Of a stretch of 64,000 nt of DNA, positions 29,274 through 39,237 are shown piece after piece. Positions within the stretch are counted from its first letter, which is position 1; every line of letters starts with the position of its first letter. The position numbers and the translations under genes are program-made. Origin of the DNA: Polyangiaceae bacterium (GTDB lineage Bacteria; Myxococcota_A; Polyangia; Polyangiales; Polyangiaceae); contig JANRKO010000028.1 of the NCBI GenBank assembly GCA_033763455.1, positions 32,001 to 96,000 on the forward strand, read 5' to 3'. Under the pieces are notes generated by a model. The model was not told the origin of the DNA and made no database searches. It saw only the letters and a list, made by a program, of their open reading frames with translations.

Positions 29274-30550
29274 GTACTCACGATTCGACTGGGATGGCAC
29301 GTCGCTTAGCCGTGGTGCTGGCTGGAGGTGGAGCTCGCGGTGCATACGAGGCGGGAGTGCTTTCGTATATCTTCGACGAGCTCACGGGGCAGCGGGGCCA
29401 TGCGCCGGAAGTCGATTTTCTTTGTGGCACGAGCGTGGGAGCCATCAACTGCGCGTACCTCGCCTCGCACCTCGAAGATCCGGTGTTTGGCGCGCGCCGT
29501 TTAGTAGACGTCTGGATGAACATGAAGATGAGCGACGTGCTCGGCTTTGGCATGCGTCAGACGCTGAGGCTTCCACGCGTGCTCATGGGTGGTGCTGACG
29601 GAGCTGGGCTGTTCGACGTCTCGCCGATGGCGGACTTTTTGAGCAGGCAAATCCCGTGGCGCGCCATCTCTCGTAATCTTAGGCGCGGGCGTCTGCACGG
29701 GCTCAGCCTCTCGGCTACGGAGGTGTCAAGTGGCCGAACCACGTTGTTCATGCAGCTTTCGCCGGAAACCCCGTTTCCCACGCGCGCGCCCATGCGCACC
29801 ATCATCCGACCCACGCGCATAGGCCCGCTGCACACGCTGGCTTCTGCCGCCATCCCGCTCTTGTTTCCCCCCGTGTCTATCGATGGTCAGCTGTACGTAG
29901 ATGGCGCCGTACGCCAAAGCACGCCGATTGCTCCTGCACTTCGCTTGGGTGCTTCCCACGCGCTTGTGATTGGAACCTCGCAAGCCGCGCAGGGTGATTC
30001 GCCAAAGACAACCGTGAAGGCTCCTAGTGCCGCATTCTTGCTTGGTAAGATGATGAACGCGCTCCTGCTCGATCATCTCGATTCCGACGTGGGGATGGTG
30101 AACCTTCTAAATAACATTGTTGGCACGGGAGAAGCAGCCTTTGGGGTGGGCTTCGACGCACAATTCAACGCAGCCGCAGCACGCCGTGGCGGCCATATGC
30201 TCAAACCCATTCAGATGCTCGTAATTCGTCCAAGCCAGGGCATCGGTTACTTAGCAGCCCAATATGTGCGCCAGGGGCGGCTGAAAACTGGTCCGTTGCT
30301 CACACGCCGTCTGTTTCAGATGATGGATGTGGGCGTGGGGGACGATGCCGATCTGACGAGCTATTTCTTGTTCGATGGTGGCTTTGCCCGGGAACTGGTG
30401 GAGCTTGGTCGCGCTGATGCGAGGGCCATGAAGAGCGAGATCTTGGGCTTCTTGGATGCAGCCGAGAGCCCGGATCCGGTGGGCCTTTCACCCGGGCACG
30501 CGAGCTCAAGTGACGGTAGTTGGTCGCTTCCGCCTGGGCAGAATGCGTAG
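29270..30550 (+). CDS. Patatin-like phospholipase
   Basis: GGGARG, GTSVG nucleophile, DGA; ATGA overlap with the upstream gene. Confidence 0.93.
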   Translation: MSTHDSTGMARRLAVVLAGGGARGAYEAGVLSYIFDELTGQRGHAPEVDFLCGTSVGAINCAYLASHLEDPVFGARRLVDVWMNMKMSDVLGFGMRQTLRLPRVLMGGADGAGLFDVSPMADFLSRQIPWRAISRNLRRGRLHGLSLSATEVSSGRTTLFMQLSPETPFPTRAPMRTIIRPTRIGPLHTLASAAIPLLFPPVSIDGQLYVDGAVRQSTPIAPALRLGASHALVIGTSQAAQGDSPKTTVKAPSAAFLLGKMMNALLLDHLDSDVGMVNLLNNIVGTGEAAFGVGFDAQFNAAAARRGGHMLKPIQMLVIRPSQGIGYLAAQYVRQGRLKTGPLLTRRLFQMMDVGVGDDADLTSYFLFDGGFARELVELGRADARAMKSEILGFLDAAESPDPVGLSPGHASSSDGSWSLPPGQNA

Positions 30551-30763
30551 GGGCGCGTCTCAACTTTGACCCATTTGCCAAATGGCGACTAGGCGTTCTA
30601 CGTATTGCGCCGGGCTTCCCGCCGAATCAACCCAACGATGCGATGTGCCCCACTGGGGCACAAATGGCTTGTGGAGTTCTCCGTCCCTCTTAGCTGGACC
30701 GACGGGCGAGAGCTAACGTGGGTGAACCGGTCGTCACGCTTAACAGGAGTGAGGGTGTTCTCG

Positions 30764-30779
30764 CGGCACGGTCCTTGCT
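30764..30779 (+). promoter_or_regulatory. sigma54 promoter
   Basis: CGGCACGGTCCTTGCT; predicted +1 about 30790, GTG at 30792. Confidence 0.7.
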
Positions 30780-30791
30780 GACACAGGCGCA

Positions 30792-32045
30792 GTGCGACTG
30801 GCTCTGTGTGTTGGGATATTCACGTTATGCTGCGTGTGCACCCGCCAATCTCGTGCTGATGGATCCAGTCCAGGGTTTTCGTCTGAGGAACAGCCCGTCG
30901 GGCCACAGAAAGAGGAAATAGAAATCGGTGCTGTTCCCCTGGTTGGCGGGGACACAGACGTAGGCGTTGGTGTCGGCTTCCTCGGCAGCGTCGCGCGCAT
31001 CGCGCCTGAAGGGGCCATACGGTACGCGTGGCGGGTTGAAAGCGGCAGCTTCGTTACGTTCAAATCAGGACGGGATGGGCTAGAGATCCCCTATTTTCAG
31101 GGCTACCTCGTGTGGACTCAGCCCCGCTTGTGGGATTCGCGTTTGCGTCTGGATCTTAGGCTCGAGCACGTGAGCGAAGCGAACATGCGTTACTTCGGAA
31201 TTGGAAACGCGTCTGTGCGCCCTCCTGGTGAGAATTCAGAACGTGATCTTTACACGCGCACGCGCCCAACGTTCTGGGGCCGCGCTCGTATGAAGCTTCC
31301 CTACTCGGCGTTTGTGGGATTCGGCGCTTCGGCGTCCCAAAACTGGATCACCGTGCCACCGAATTCTACCCTCGCTCAGGATTTGCGCACCGGCTCAGAG
31401 GAACTCAAAGGGTGGTTGCGTGGCACTTCCTCGCACGGTGTTCTCCTAGGCGAAGTGTCGGCCGGGTGGGATACCCGAGACGACGACATTGATCCCACGC
31501 GTGGGCAGTATCATCAGGTTACCTTCCGTGCGAGCCCTCACGTTGGGGGTAACTATCCTTTCTCTTACCAGCAGCTGAATACAGCGCTCAGGTTCTATGT
31601 TCCGCTTGTACAAGACAGAATGGTTGGGGTCCTCTGGAGTGGCTTCGACGCACTCTTTGGTACACCGCCATTCTACGAACTCGCTCGCTTCGACGAGACT
31701 TTCGCAATTGGCGGCAATCAGGGCGTACGTGGTGTTCCTGGGCAGCGCTACTATGGCAAGGTAAAGGTCATGGCGAGCGCCGAGCTTCGCACCCGAATCA
31801 CCAAGTTTGACTTGTTCGGTAGCCACTACGCCCTCGGCATCGCTACCTTTGCCGATACGGGTAGGCTATGGGCCGATTTTTCGAGGCACCCAGAGCTTGA
31901 TGGCACCACGCTGGGCCTAAAGTACGGGATTGGTGGAGGGTTACGCTTGCATCAAGGCAAGACCTTCGTGGTACGGGCGGATGTTGCCTGGTCGACCGAC
32001 GCGCGGCCTATTGGGGCGTATGTGCTAGCGGGCCACGCGCACTAG
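30792..32045 (+). CDS. Omp85 (BamA/TamA superfamily) barrel protein without evident POTRA domains
   Basis: Signal peptide, WDTRDD..PTRG, GGNQGVRG, FADTGR, GIGGGLR. Confidence 0.85.
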   Translation: MRLALCVGIFTLCCVCTRQSRADGSSPGFSSEEQPVGPQKEEIEIGAVPLVGGDTDVGVGVGFLGSVARIAPEGAIRYAWRVESGSFVTFKSGRDGLEIPYFQGYLVWTQPRLWDSRLRLDLRLEHVSEANMRYFGIGNASVRPPGENSERDLYTRTRPTFWGRARMKLPYSAFVGFGASASQNWITVPPNSTLAQDLRTGSEELKGWLRGTSSHGVLLGEVSAGWDTRDDDIDPTRGQYHQVTFRASPHVGGNYPFSYQQLNTALRFYVPLVQDRMVGVLWSGFDALFGTPPFYELARFDETFAIGGNQGVRGVPGQRYYGKVKVMASAELRTRITKFDLFGSHYALGIATFADTGRLWADFSRHPELDGTTLGLKYGIGGGLRLHQGKTFVVRADVAWSTDARPIGAYVLAGHAH

Positions 32046-32115
32046 CTCCTCCACCTGAGACACGGGGTCGTGAAATTGCCGTTCTGCGGCCTCCGATGCG
32101 TTCGGTTTCACGAGC

Positions 32116-32736
32116 TTAGAGTTCAGCCCCTTCCTTAGCGCGCTTGAGCTTCTGCACTACTTCAGTGCCCACCCGAGCGACTGCGTCCGCGAGCGTTGCC
32201 GCTAACGTCGTTGCCAGGCGCTGCTCCGCATCAGCGCCTTTTGGGGCGATTAGTTCGCGTTCAAGCGTGAGTGTTTTGTCAATCAACGACCCGCGTTCGT
32301 CACGCAGGTTGAAGATCAGCGTTACGCGAGCCCGAGTTGGCTCGCCACGGATCTCTTCAAATGCTGTTAACTCCACGCTCAAGCTGGGACCGCTGCCAGT
32401 TACCACGCGCTGCAGGCCCCGGCGCTCGAAAAGTTCGCGCTCGAGGGCGCGTCGAAGGTAGGCCTCAGGGACCTCGGTCCAACGACGATTGTCGTAGAAC
32501 CCCACCTCCGAGCCACTCAAACGGTACGAAATGCGTTCGTCCAGGTACTGAGCGGAGGCCACCTCATCCAGGCGCAGAGCCAAATCCTTCTCCAAAGGAG
32601 AAGCTACGGAAAGCGGGGGTTGCTCGGGGCTGAAATAGCGCGGAGATAGAGCCTCCGCCTTTGAGGTGAGGGCACACCCAGTTTGAAGATTCACAAGTGC
32701 CAAACCCAGGCCCATCGCCCACAGGCGTGGTGTCAT
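32116..32736 (-). CDS. ABC-transport auxiliary lipoprotein (PqiC/DUF330-like)
   Basis: QTGC lipobox, PRYF, RRWTEVP; last gene of the MCE operon. Confidence 0.8.
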   Translation of the reverse strand: MTPRLWAMGLGLALVNLQTGCALTSKAEALSPRYFSPEQPPLSVASPLEKDLALRLDEVASAQYLDERISYRLSGSEVGFYDNRRWTEVPEAYLRRALERELFERRGLQRVVTGSGPSLSVELTAFEEIRGEPTRARVTLIFNLRDERGSLIDKTLTLERELIAPKGADAEQRLATTLAATLADAVARVGTEVVQKLKRAKEGAEL

Positions 32737-33695
32737 TCTGGCCTCGTAGCTCTGCCCTTAAGCAGCATGTCTGGATCGCGTTCCAGATTATCTGCCAAGC
32801 GTTTGATGGAGCGGGCAGTTCCTCGGACTTCGCGCAGCGTTAAGAGAAGCTCAGGCCCCACCGAACGGGCCCCCCGAGCCACCTCACCCATCGCATCGGC
32901 GCTCCGCTCTGCGCTACGAAAAAGACCTTGCTCGCTCTCAAGGCGAGCCAGCAAATTGCTGGTTCGCGCAAGAATAACATTGAAGTCTTTGAGGTTCTTA
33001 TCGGCGGAGCTCACGAGCTGAGCAGTGTTCATCGCTTTCAACTGCGTGCTCAATTCATTGAGAGCGAGATTGGCGTGTTCGAGCGTGGCCCCAGCGCGCC
33101 CAGGGAGCTTTCCCTCTTCGATTTGTTGAGCAACGGCTCGCACCTCACTCATCGTTCGCGCCACATCGTCCGCGATTTCCGGAAAACGGTTGGTCGTTCT
33201 AATCACCGAATCCTCGATGTTTTTCATGGTTGAGGCCGCGGTAGGGATGTAGTTGGTGGGGGTTTTAAAGGGCAATGGCAGCACCGGGTTCGTTTTTGAA
33301 TCAAAGAAATCGATCTGAATAAACTTCACACCCGTGATGCCCGTTTGAGAAAGCTGCACACGCATATCCGGATGCATCACAATTCCGCCCCGGCCCGCTT
33401 CTGCGCGGCCCAGATTGAGCCTTCCCACCTGCTCCGCATTGAGCGCACTCGTAACCTGAACATGTCGTAGGTTCTCCGCGATATCGATCAGTGCCACTCG
33501 CCCCACCGTTACCCCGCGAAATTTCACGGGTGCGCCGAGCTCTAATCCCTGCACCGATTCGTCGAAATAGCTCACATATTCGATAGTCTTCTTGTTCCAA
33601 GTTCGAGCGCCAAACAGCGCCATCGCAGCCAATACCACACAAAACCCAAGAATCACGAAGAGCCCGAGCTTCCAACGATTGGTACCTACCGTCAT
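32733..33695 (-). CDS. MCE/MlaD-family protein
   Basis: N-terminal TM, FDESVQGLELGAPVKFRGVTVGRV, coiled-coil tail. Confidence 0.92.
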   Translation of the reverse strand: MTVGTNRWKLGLFVILGFCVVLAAMALFGARTWNKKTIEYVSYFDESVQGLELGAPVKFRGVTVGRVALIDIAENLRHVQVTSALNAEQVGRLNLGRAEAGRGGIVMHPDMRVQLSQTGITGVKFIQIDFFDSKTNPVLPLPFKTPTNYIPTAASTMKNIEDSVIRTTNRFPEIADDVARTMSEVRAVAQQIEEGKLPGRAGATLEHANLALNELSTQLKAMNTAQLVSSADKNLKDFNVILARTSNLLARLESEQGLFRSAERSADAMGEVARGARSVGPELLLTLREVRGTARSIKRLADNLERDPDMLLKGRATRPE

Positions 33696-34435
33696 AGGGC
33701 GCCGCCTGCTTCACGGTTGAAGAACTGGTGAACACGCAAATCTGTACTCTCGCTACGAAGGCGCCTCGGATCGCCCGTCGCGAGGATGCTTTGCGTTTCG
33801 CGGTCCAACATGATGCAATTCTTTCCTACTTTGAAGATGCTCTCGAGCTCGTGGGTGACCATCACCACGGTCAGGCCGAGGCTTTCGTTGAGCGCTAAAA
33901 TCAGCTCGTCGAGCTCGGCGGCACTCACCGGGTCCAGTCCGGCTGACGGCTCGTCCAGAAATATTAGATTGGGTTCGAACGCCATGGCGCGAGCAATCGC
34001 CGCTCGCTTCTTCATGCCTCCAGAAAGCTCCGCCGGTAGTTTATTTTCGGCACCTTCGAGGCCAACTAGCGTGAGCTTTGCACGAACAATGGCGGATACC
34101 GCCACGGGCGGCAAGAGCGTCCACTCCTGGAGGGCAAACCCGACATTTTCGCCCACGGTCATCGAGCTGAAGAGCGCACCGGACTGAAACATAACTCCGT
34201 AACGGGGAGCTCGGCCTTCGAGGGTAGGAGCGCCGACGCCTGCGATATCAATCGTCCCAGCCCGGGGTGTCTCAAGCCCGACGAGGTGACGTAGGAGCGT
34301 CGATTTGCCGCAGCCACTACCACCGAGGATAATGAATATATCGCCCCGCTCCACTTCGAAGCTGGCACTCTTGAGGAGCACCGTGTCTCCGTGCCCCACT
34401 CGTAGGTCTTGGACACTAATGAGCGGCGTTTTCAT
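33692..34435 (-). CDS. MlaF-like ABC transporter ATP-binding protein
   Basis: GGSGCGKS, LSGGMKKR, FLDEPSAGLD; ATG 34435 overlaps the permease stop (ATGA). Confidence 0.93.
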   Translation of the reverse strand: MKTPLISVQDLRVGHGDTVLLKSASFEVERGDIFIILGGSGCGKSTLLRHLVGLETPRAGTIDIAGVGAPTLEGRAPRYGVMFQSGALFSSMTVGENVGFALQEWTLLPPVAVSAIVRAKLTLVGLEGAENKLPAELSGGMKKRAAIARAMAFEPNLIFLDEPSAGLDPVSAAELDELILALNESLGLTVVMVTHELESIFKVGKNCIMLDRETQSILATGDPRRLRSESTDLRVHQFFNREAGGAL

Positions 34436-35613
34436 AGCCCCAGCCCCGCCAATAGGATGGTGAAGATCGCGTCGATCACAATTAGCGCGAACAGAATGGA
34501 GACAACTGCACCGGTTGTGCGGCGGCCTACGCCTTCGGCGCCACCCGTGGTAGCTAGGCCCTGCTGGCAAGAAATGAGCGCAATCGCGCCCGCAAAAGCC
34601 ACACTCTTCACCAGTCCAGAAACGATATCACTTGGTTTCACCGCGCTCTCCAATTGGATAAGAAACCCTGTGGGGGTAATATCGAGCGTTAGCGCGGCGA
34701 CGACTAACCCGCCAAGAATGCCGACGGCGTCCGCCAGAAGCACCAAGAACGGAGCTACCAGAATGAGCCCGAGCATACGCGGCATCACCAAATGCCGAAG
34801 CGGCATGAAGCCCAAGGTTCGAAGCGCGTCGACCTCTTCGGATACCTGCATGGTGCCAAGTTCCGCGGCGAACGCGGCCCCTGAGCGTCCACACATGATA
34901 ATGGCCGTCATCAAAGGGCCTAACTCCCGCGTCATTGAGACAGCAACCAAGTCGACTACATAGATATTCGCTCCAAACTGCTTCAGCTGAACCGCGCTCT
35001 GGTACGCCATCACGAAGCCAATGAGGAAGTTGATCAACATAACGATCGGCGCTGCATCTGCGCCGGCTCGCTCCATCGTCGGGCCCACGTCATGGAAGTT
35101 GACTGTCTTAGGATGTTTCACGGCCTGGATCGCCGAGATGACGAGCTGGCCGAAGAAATCCAAGATTTGTCGGACCTCTAGGAGCACCGCAACAGTGGCG
35201 TTGCCAATCTGCTCCACGGCGTTGAGCGGCCTGCGCACGGCGCGTCTGCGTTTGGATTTGTTGTGCCCGCCATAGAGGTCAACAATCCGTTCGACTTCGG
35301 GTGTGGCACCAACAAACTCGCAAGCTATACGGCGGGAGCGGACGTTATTCCGAAAGTGAACCAGTAGCGCCATGCACGCGCCATCAATGAGCTGGATGCG
35401 TGAGAGGTCGATCGCCACCGACCGCACCCCCTTCAATTCAGCCAGCGACTCACCAATACGCTTCCAGAGTGCAGCGGAGTCATCAATAGTGATACTACCC
35501 CCGAGCTCAATACGCGACATTTCATCGGTTCGAGCAGGCTCCCAAGTAAAGCGCTGGACGAACCCTACAACTAGGCTCTTGCTGTCGTCAAAGCGTGACA
35601 ACTTCGGCAACAC
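34432..35613 (-). CDS. MlaE-family ABC permease with N-terminal STAS domain (start uncertain, possibly 35520)
   Basis: IDLSRIQLIDGA (STAS), RELGPLMTAII, GRSGAAFAAELGTMQVSEEVDAL. Confidence 0.92.
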   Translation of the reverse strand: MLPKLSRFDDSKSLVVGFVQRFTWEPARTDEMSRIELGGSITIDDSAALWKRIGESLAELKGVRSVAIDLSRIQLIDGACMALLVHFRNNVRSRRIACEFVGATPEVERIVDLYGGHNKSKRRRAVRRPLNAVEQIGNATVAVLLEVRQILDFFGQLVISAIQAVKHPKTVNFHDVGPTMERAGADAAPIVMLINFLIGFVMAYQSAVQLKQFGANIYVVDLVAVSMTRELGPLMTAIIMCGRSGAAFAAELGTMQVSEEVDALRTLGFMPLRHLVMPRMLGLILVAPFLVLLADAVGILGGLVVAALTLDITPTGFLIQLESAVKPSDIVSGLVKSVAFAGAIALISCQQGLATTGGAEGVGRRTTGAVVSILFALIVIDAIFTILLAGLGL

Positions 35614-35626
35614 GTCGCCCTTTCAT

Positions 35627-36184
35627 TCAGAATGCCACACCGAACTGAAACCCAGCTGGCCAATTGACACGCGCCAAGAGTGCGGCTCGGGGTGACAAAT
35701 GCAGCCGAGCTCCGAGCCCGAGATATGGCGAAACGAAGGGCCCATTAGGAGCGTAGCCGCGATAGTGATCGTCGCCCGCGAAGGCTACGACACCGAGTTC
35801 GGGGAATACCGACCAGCTTTCACTTAGGTAAAAGTTCCACTGTAGTGCGCCAAGCGGCCACACCGCCGTATTGTAGCGACCATGGGAAAAGAACACCTCT
35901 GCGCCAAGGCTCAACGTTAAGTCATCGTCGGCACTTTGCAGAAGGCCGGCGGGAACAATCGGGAACTCCACGCGCCCGCCAACGCCGTAGGCCTCGCGCA
36001 GGTCCAAATCTATGTGTAGATCGAAGCGTGGGCTACCGCGAAGCGAGGACATGTCGCCGGCGGCGCGGGCCGTGTGCTGTGCAAGGCTCAACGCCAACGC
36101 GATGGCTGAGGCAATTGCAACCCGTGTGGCGTTTTGGCGGTGGGTGTGGCGCGATGGCTGGCTCGCCGCATACTTCTGGCTCAT
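35627..36184 (-). CDS. Small putative outer-membrane beta-barrel protein
   Basis: Signal peptide, LQWNFYL..WSVFPELG, terminal GVAF. Confidence 0.65.
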   Translation of the reverse strand: MSQKYAASQPSRHTHRQNATRVAIASAIALALSLAQHTARAAGDMSSLRGSPRFDLHIDLDLREAYGVGGRVEFPIVPAGLLQSADDDLTLSLGAEVFFSHGRYNTAVWPLGALQWNFYLSESWSVFPELGVVAFAGDDHYRGYAPNGPFVSPYLGLGARLHLSPRAALLARVNWPAGFQFGVAF

Positions 36185-36208
36185 AGGTGCATCCGCCCGC
36201 TCAAAATC

Positions 36209-36224
36209 AGCACCACGAGTACCA
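36209..36224 (-). promoter_or_regulatory. sigma54-like promoter
   Basis: TGGTACTCGTGGTGCT, GG-N10-GC, about 25 nt before ATG 36184. Confidence 0.45.
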
Positions 36225-36408
36225 ACGCAATTAACCCAAGGCCGCCGCTTGGGCCGTAGCCCCAGCTGCGACTGTGTGGCCAGACGGGTGCCGCCCCTAG
36301 AGCGATCAGCACGAGTATTATGAGAAGGATGGTTAGCATCTGTGTCGAGAGTGCAAGGTGAATGCCAACCCGAGTGTCGAAGGGTCAGCGCTGAGCCGCC
36401 CTGCCCCT

Positions 36409-38193
36409 TTAAGGTTTGCATTTTCCTTTGCCCTTGCTGCTAACACACTCGCCTTTGCATGCCGAAAGGCCCGCGTTGCATTGGATACCGCATTGGCTAT
36501 TGCTACATGTAGCTTTGCCTCCAACTACCCCTGGGCAGGCCTTACCGCATTGTCCGCAGTTGGCAACGTCGCTCTTCACGTCCACACACTGTTGTCCGCA
36601 GCGAACCAATGCTTGCTTGCACTGGAATGAACAAACCCCGCTATTACAGCTAGGTGCGGCGTTGCTCGGGGCACCGCAGATCTTGCCGCAGGAGCCGCAG
36701 TTAGAGGTATCGGATGCAAGCTCGACGCAAGCTCCGCTGCACTCAGTTTTCGAGCCACAGGCCATACCGCACACCCCGGACTCGCATACTTGACCCATGG
36801 CACATGCCGTTGAGCAGCCGCCACAGTGCGCAGGATCCGCGTTTGTATTGACGCACTGGCCGCCGCAAAGGCTGAAGCCGGCGTTACAAGTGATACCGCA
36901 GACACCAGCCGCGCACGTCGCCTGGCCATTGGCGGCAGCCGGACAGGAATTGCCGCAAACGCCGCAATTTTTGGCATCCACGTCGCTGCGAACACATTGG
37001 CCGCTGCACGAGGTATAGCCCGCATCGCAAGCAATCCCACACATCCCATTAGCGCAGCTGGGCACGCCATGGGCCGCACCGGGACACATCACGTCGCAAC
37101 TGCCGCAGTGAGCCGGGTCGCTCGCTAGATCAGAACAAGATCCATTGCAGTTTTCGGCGGTGCCTGAGCAACTCACCGTGCAGTTTCCAGCATTGCAGAC
37201 CTCCCCCGACGCACATGCATGTCCACAGGCGCCACAGTTTGAAGGATCACGGGCTGTTTGTACGCACTCCCCGCTGCACTCCGCGTAACCCGCAGAACAG
37301 ACAATCGCACACACACCTTTTTCACAACGGCTTTGACCATTGGCTGGGGCGTTGCACGCCGCGTCGCAGGCGCCACAATTGGCAGCGTCCGTGAGGGTAT
37401 CCACACAGGTGTTACCGCATTTGGTCCACCCGGCGTTGCAGCTGAAGTCGCAGTTCGAATTCGTGCACAAGGGTGTGCCTTGCGCCGGCGTTGGGCAACG
37501 CATGCCGCACGTGCCGCAGTGATTCACGCTTGAGGCCACGTCCACACAGGCCCCTGAACAAGCCGAAAGGCCTCCCGCGCAGCTCTCTGCACAGACGCCG
37601 TTCGAGCACACCTCACCGGGAATGCACGCCGTGTTGCAGCTTCCGCAGCGACCGGGATCGGTGCTTACGTCAGTGCAATCGCCAGCACACGCTTGGAAGG
37701 GCGCGCGACATAACGCCTGGCACTTCCCGTCCACGCAGCTCGCGGTTCCCCCGGCTTGCTCGGGGCAGACGGCGCCGCAGGCTCCGCAATTTTGCGGATC
37801 GTGATTAGTGTCCACGCACTGGGATCCGCAGGCAACGTAGGGCTTAAGGCAGGCAAAATTGCAATCATTGTTGAGGCAAATGGGCGCCGCGTTTGCAGGG
37901 GCGCTACAAGTTGCGCCGCAACCACCACAGCTTTTGGCATCGCTTGCAAGCAAGCGGCATTCGTTTCCGCAGAGAGTCATCCCCTCTTGGCACCCGATGG
38001 GGAGCTCAGATAACGGTGCTCCAGGGGTAGCGCGGATGCAGCGGTTGGTCACCGTGTTGCAGACGTAGCCGTCCACACAACGTTGGGCGGCATCGCAGGC
38101 CCTACCTTCCAAGCTTTCTGACATGCCGGAATCGCAAGCCCCTGCGAAGTACGCAAACAGGATCCACACAAGGCGAAACACCCTTGGTGGCAC
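36409..38193 (-). CDS. Cys-rich repeat lipoprotein (Stig1/MXAN_6577-like)
   Basis: AGAC lipobox; 11 repeats of C.G.CVD...D..[NH]CG.C...C. Confidence 0.88.
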   Translation of the reverse strand: MPPRVFRLVWILFAYFAGACDSGMSESLEGRACDAAQRCVDGYVCNTVTNRCIRATPGAPLSELPIGCQEGMTLCGNECRLLASDAKSCGGCGATCSAPANAAPICLNNDCNFACLKPYVACGSQCVDTNHDPQNCGACGAVCPEQAGGTASCVDGKCQALCRAPFQACAGDCTDVSTDPGRCGSCNTACIPGEVCSNGVCAESCAGGLSACSGACVDVASSVNHCGTCGMRCPTPAQGTPLCTNSNCDFSCNAGWTKCGNTCVDTLTDAANCGACDAACNAPANGQSRCEKGVCAIVCSAGYAECSGECVQTARDPSNCGACGHACASGEVCNAGNCTVSCSGTAENCNGSCSDLASDPAHCGSCDVMCPGAAHGVPSCANGMCGIACDAGYTSCSGQCVRSDVDAKNCGVCGNSCPAAANGQATCAAGVCGITCNAGFSLCGGQCVNTNADPAHCGGCSTACAMGQVCESGVCGMACGSKTECSGACVELASDTSNCGSCGKICGAPSNAAPSCNSGVCSFQCKQALVRCGQQCVDVKSDVANCGQCGKACPGVVGGKATCSNSQCGIQCNAGLSACKGECVSSKGKGKCKP

Positions 38194-39230
38194 TAGAAGT
38201 TCCCCTTGGCGACCATGCTGCAGCCGTGCGCGCCGCAGCCGAATCCGACACGCGTTATTGGATCTGGGCTGGTGTTGAACACGAACAATACACCCCCGGT
38301 AATTACCAAGGCGCCGCCGATGCCACCCAAGATGCGCGCCGCCTGCTTGTCCGCTGCCATTCTGTCAAGGTGCGTTTTGAACTCCACTTGCGATGCAGCG
38401 CTCCTTGCCTTGGACTCTTCGGAGCGCCTTGCGAGCTCGAAACCAAGCGAAGCCCCAAGACTCGCGGCACCCACTCCGGTTGGGATCCAAGGCAGATCGC
38501 CAAAGCGACGCGCTGGCCTATCTTCGGGAGTTGTACCCAGGCGCTTCAGAACGGGTTGTGAGGTTTGGGTGGGCTGGCTGGTGTACAAGCTCACGGCCTT
38601 TTCGGGGCGAGGCTGTAACGTGAGTACGTAGGAGGCGTCCTTCGGTTCGAACTTGCTCAGTAGCACTTCGGAATTCTCATCGTGGTAGCCATCTAAGTGG
38701 AGGTGAAGCTGGTGCTTGCCTGGGCTGAGCTCAAGGGTGATGGGGGTAGTCCCAACATTTTGACGATCGATGAGCACGGTGGCGCCTGTTGGCGTCGACA
38801 GCACGCTGAGCTGTTGAAGCCCCTGGGTCGCCAGAACCCGAGCCATGGCAGTAATTCGGTTCAGCACAACTGGGGCGTTGGGGGCGCTTGGATTGCGGCG
38901 CAAGTAGTCGCGGAACCACCGTAAAGCAGCTCGCTCATCGCCCAGGTTTTCGTAGGCGAGGGCGATGTTGAATGAGAGTGCGGCACTTGGAGCGAGCGCA
39001 TCGGCCTGTAGGAAAAGCTGAACGGCGTCTACAAAGCGACGTTCACGAAACGCTTCCGATCCCATTTGGTACTTGGCCTTCGCTGAGTCGCGCCGGGCCT
39101 CCGAGATGCTTTCGGCGCTAGGGATCTGAGCTCGTGCATTTGCGGGTATACCGCATATGCAGCAACATGCCCCGAGCCAAAGCGCGGCGAAATAGCGCGA
39201 GACAATTTGGTTTTGGTGGCGCGGATCCAT
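38193..39230 (-). CDS. TPR + PEGA domain protein
   Basis: Signal peptide, FNIALAYENLG (TPR), STPTGATVLID..VGTTP..PGKH (PEGA), C-terminal hydrophobic hairpin. Confidence 0.88.
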   Translation of the reverse strand: MDPRHQNQIVSRYFAALWLGACCCICGIPANARAQIPSAESISEARRDSAKAKYQMGSEAFRERRFVDAVQLFLQADALAPSAALSFNIALAYENLGDERAALRWFRDYLRRNPSAPNAPVVLNRITAMARVLATQGLQQLSVLSTPTGATVLIDRQNVGTTPITLELSPGKHQLHLHLDGYHDENSEVLLSKFEPKDASYVLTLQPRPEKAVSLYTSQPTQTSQPVLKRLGTTPEDRPARRFGDLPWIPTGVGAASLGASLGFELARRSEESKARSAASQVEFKTHLDRMAADKQAARILGGIGGALVITGGVLFVFNTSPDPITRVGFGCGAHGCSMVAKGNF

Positions 39231-39237
39231 TGCACTC

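Noticed and set aside
29270..32045. Split type Vd (PlpD-like) patatin plus Omp85 secretion pair
   Set aside because: The patatin has no signal peptide and is coupled to the upstream kinase; the Omp85 gene has its own sigma54 motif about 210 nt past the patatin stop.
36409..38193. CRISPR-like or non-coding repeat array
   Set aside because: The periodicity is protein-level Cys repeats with divergent codons; there are no identical direct repeats with spacers.
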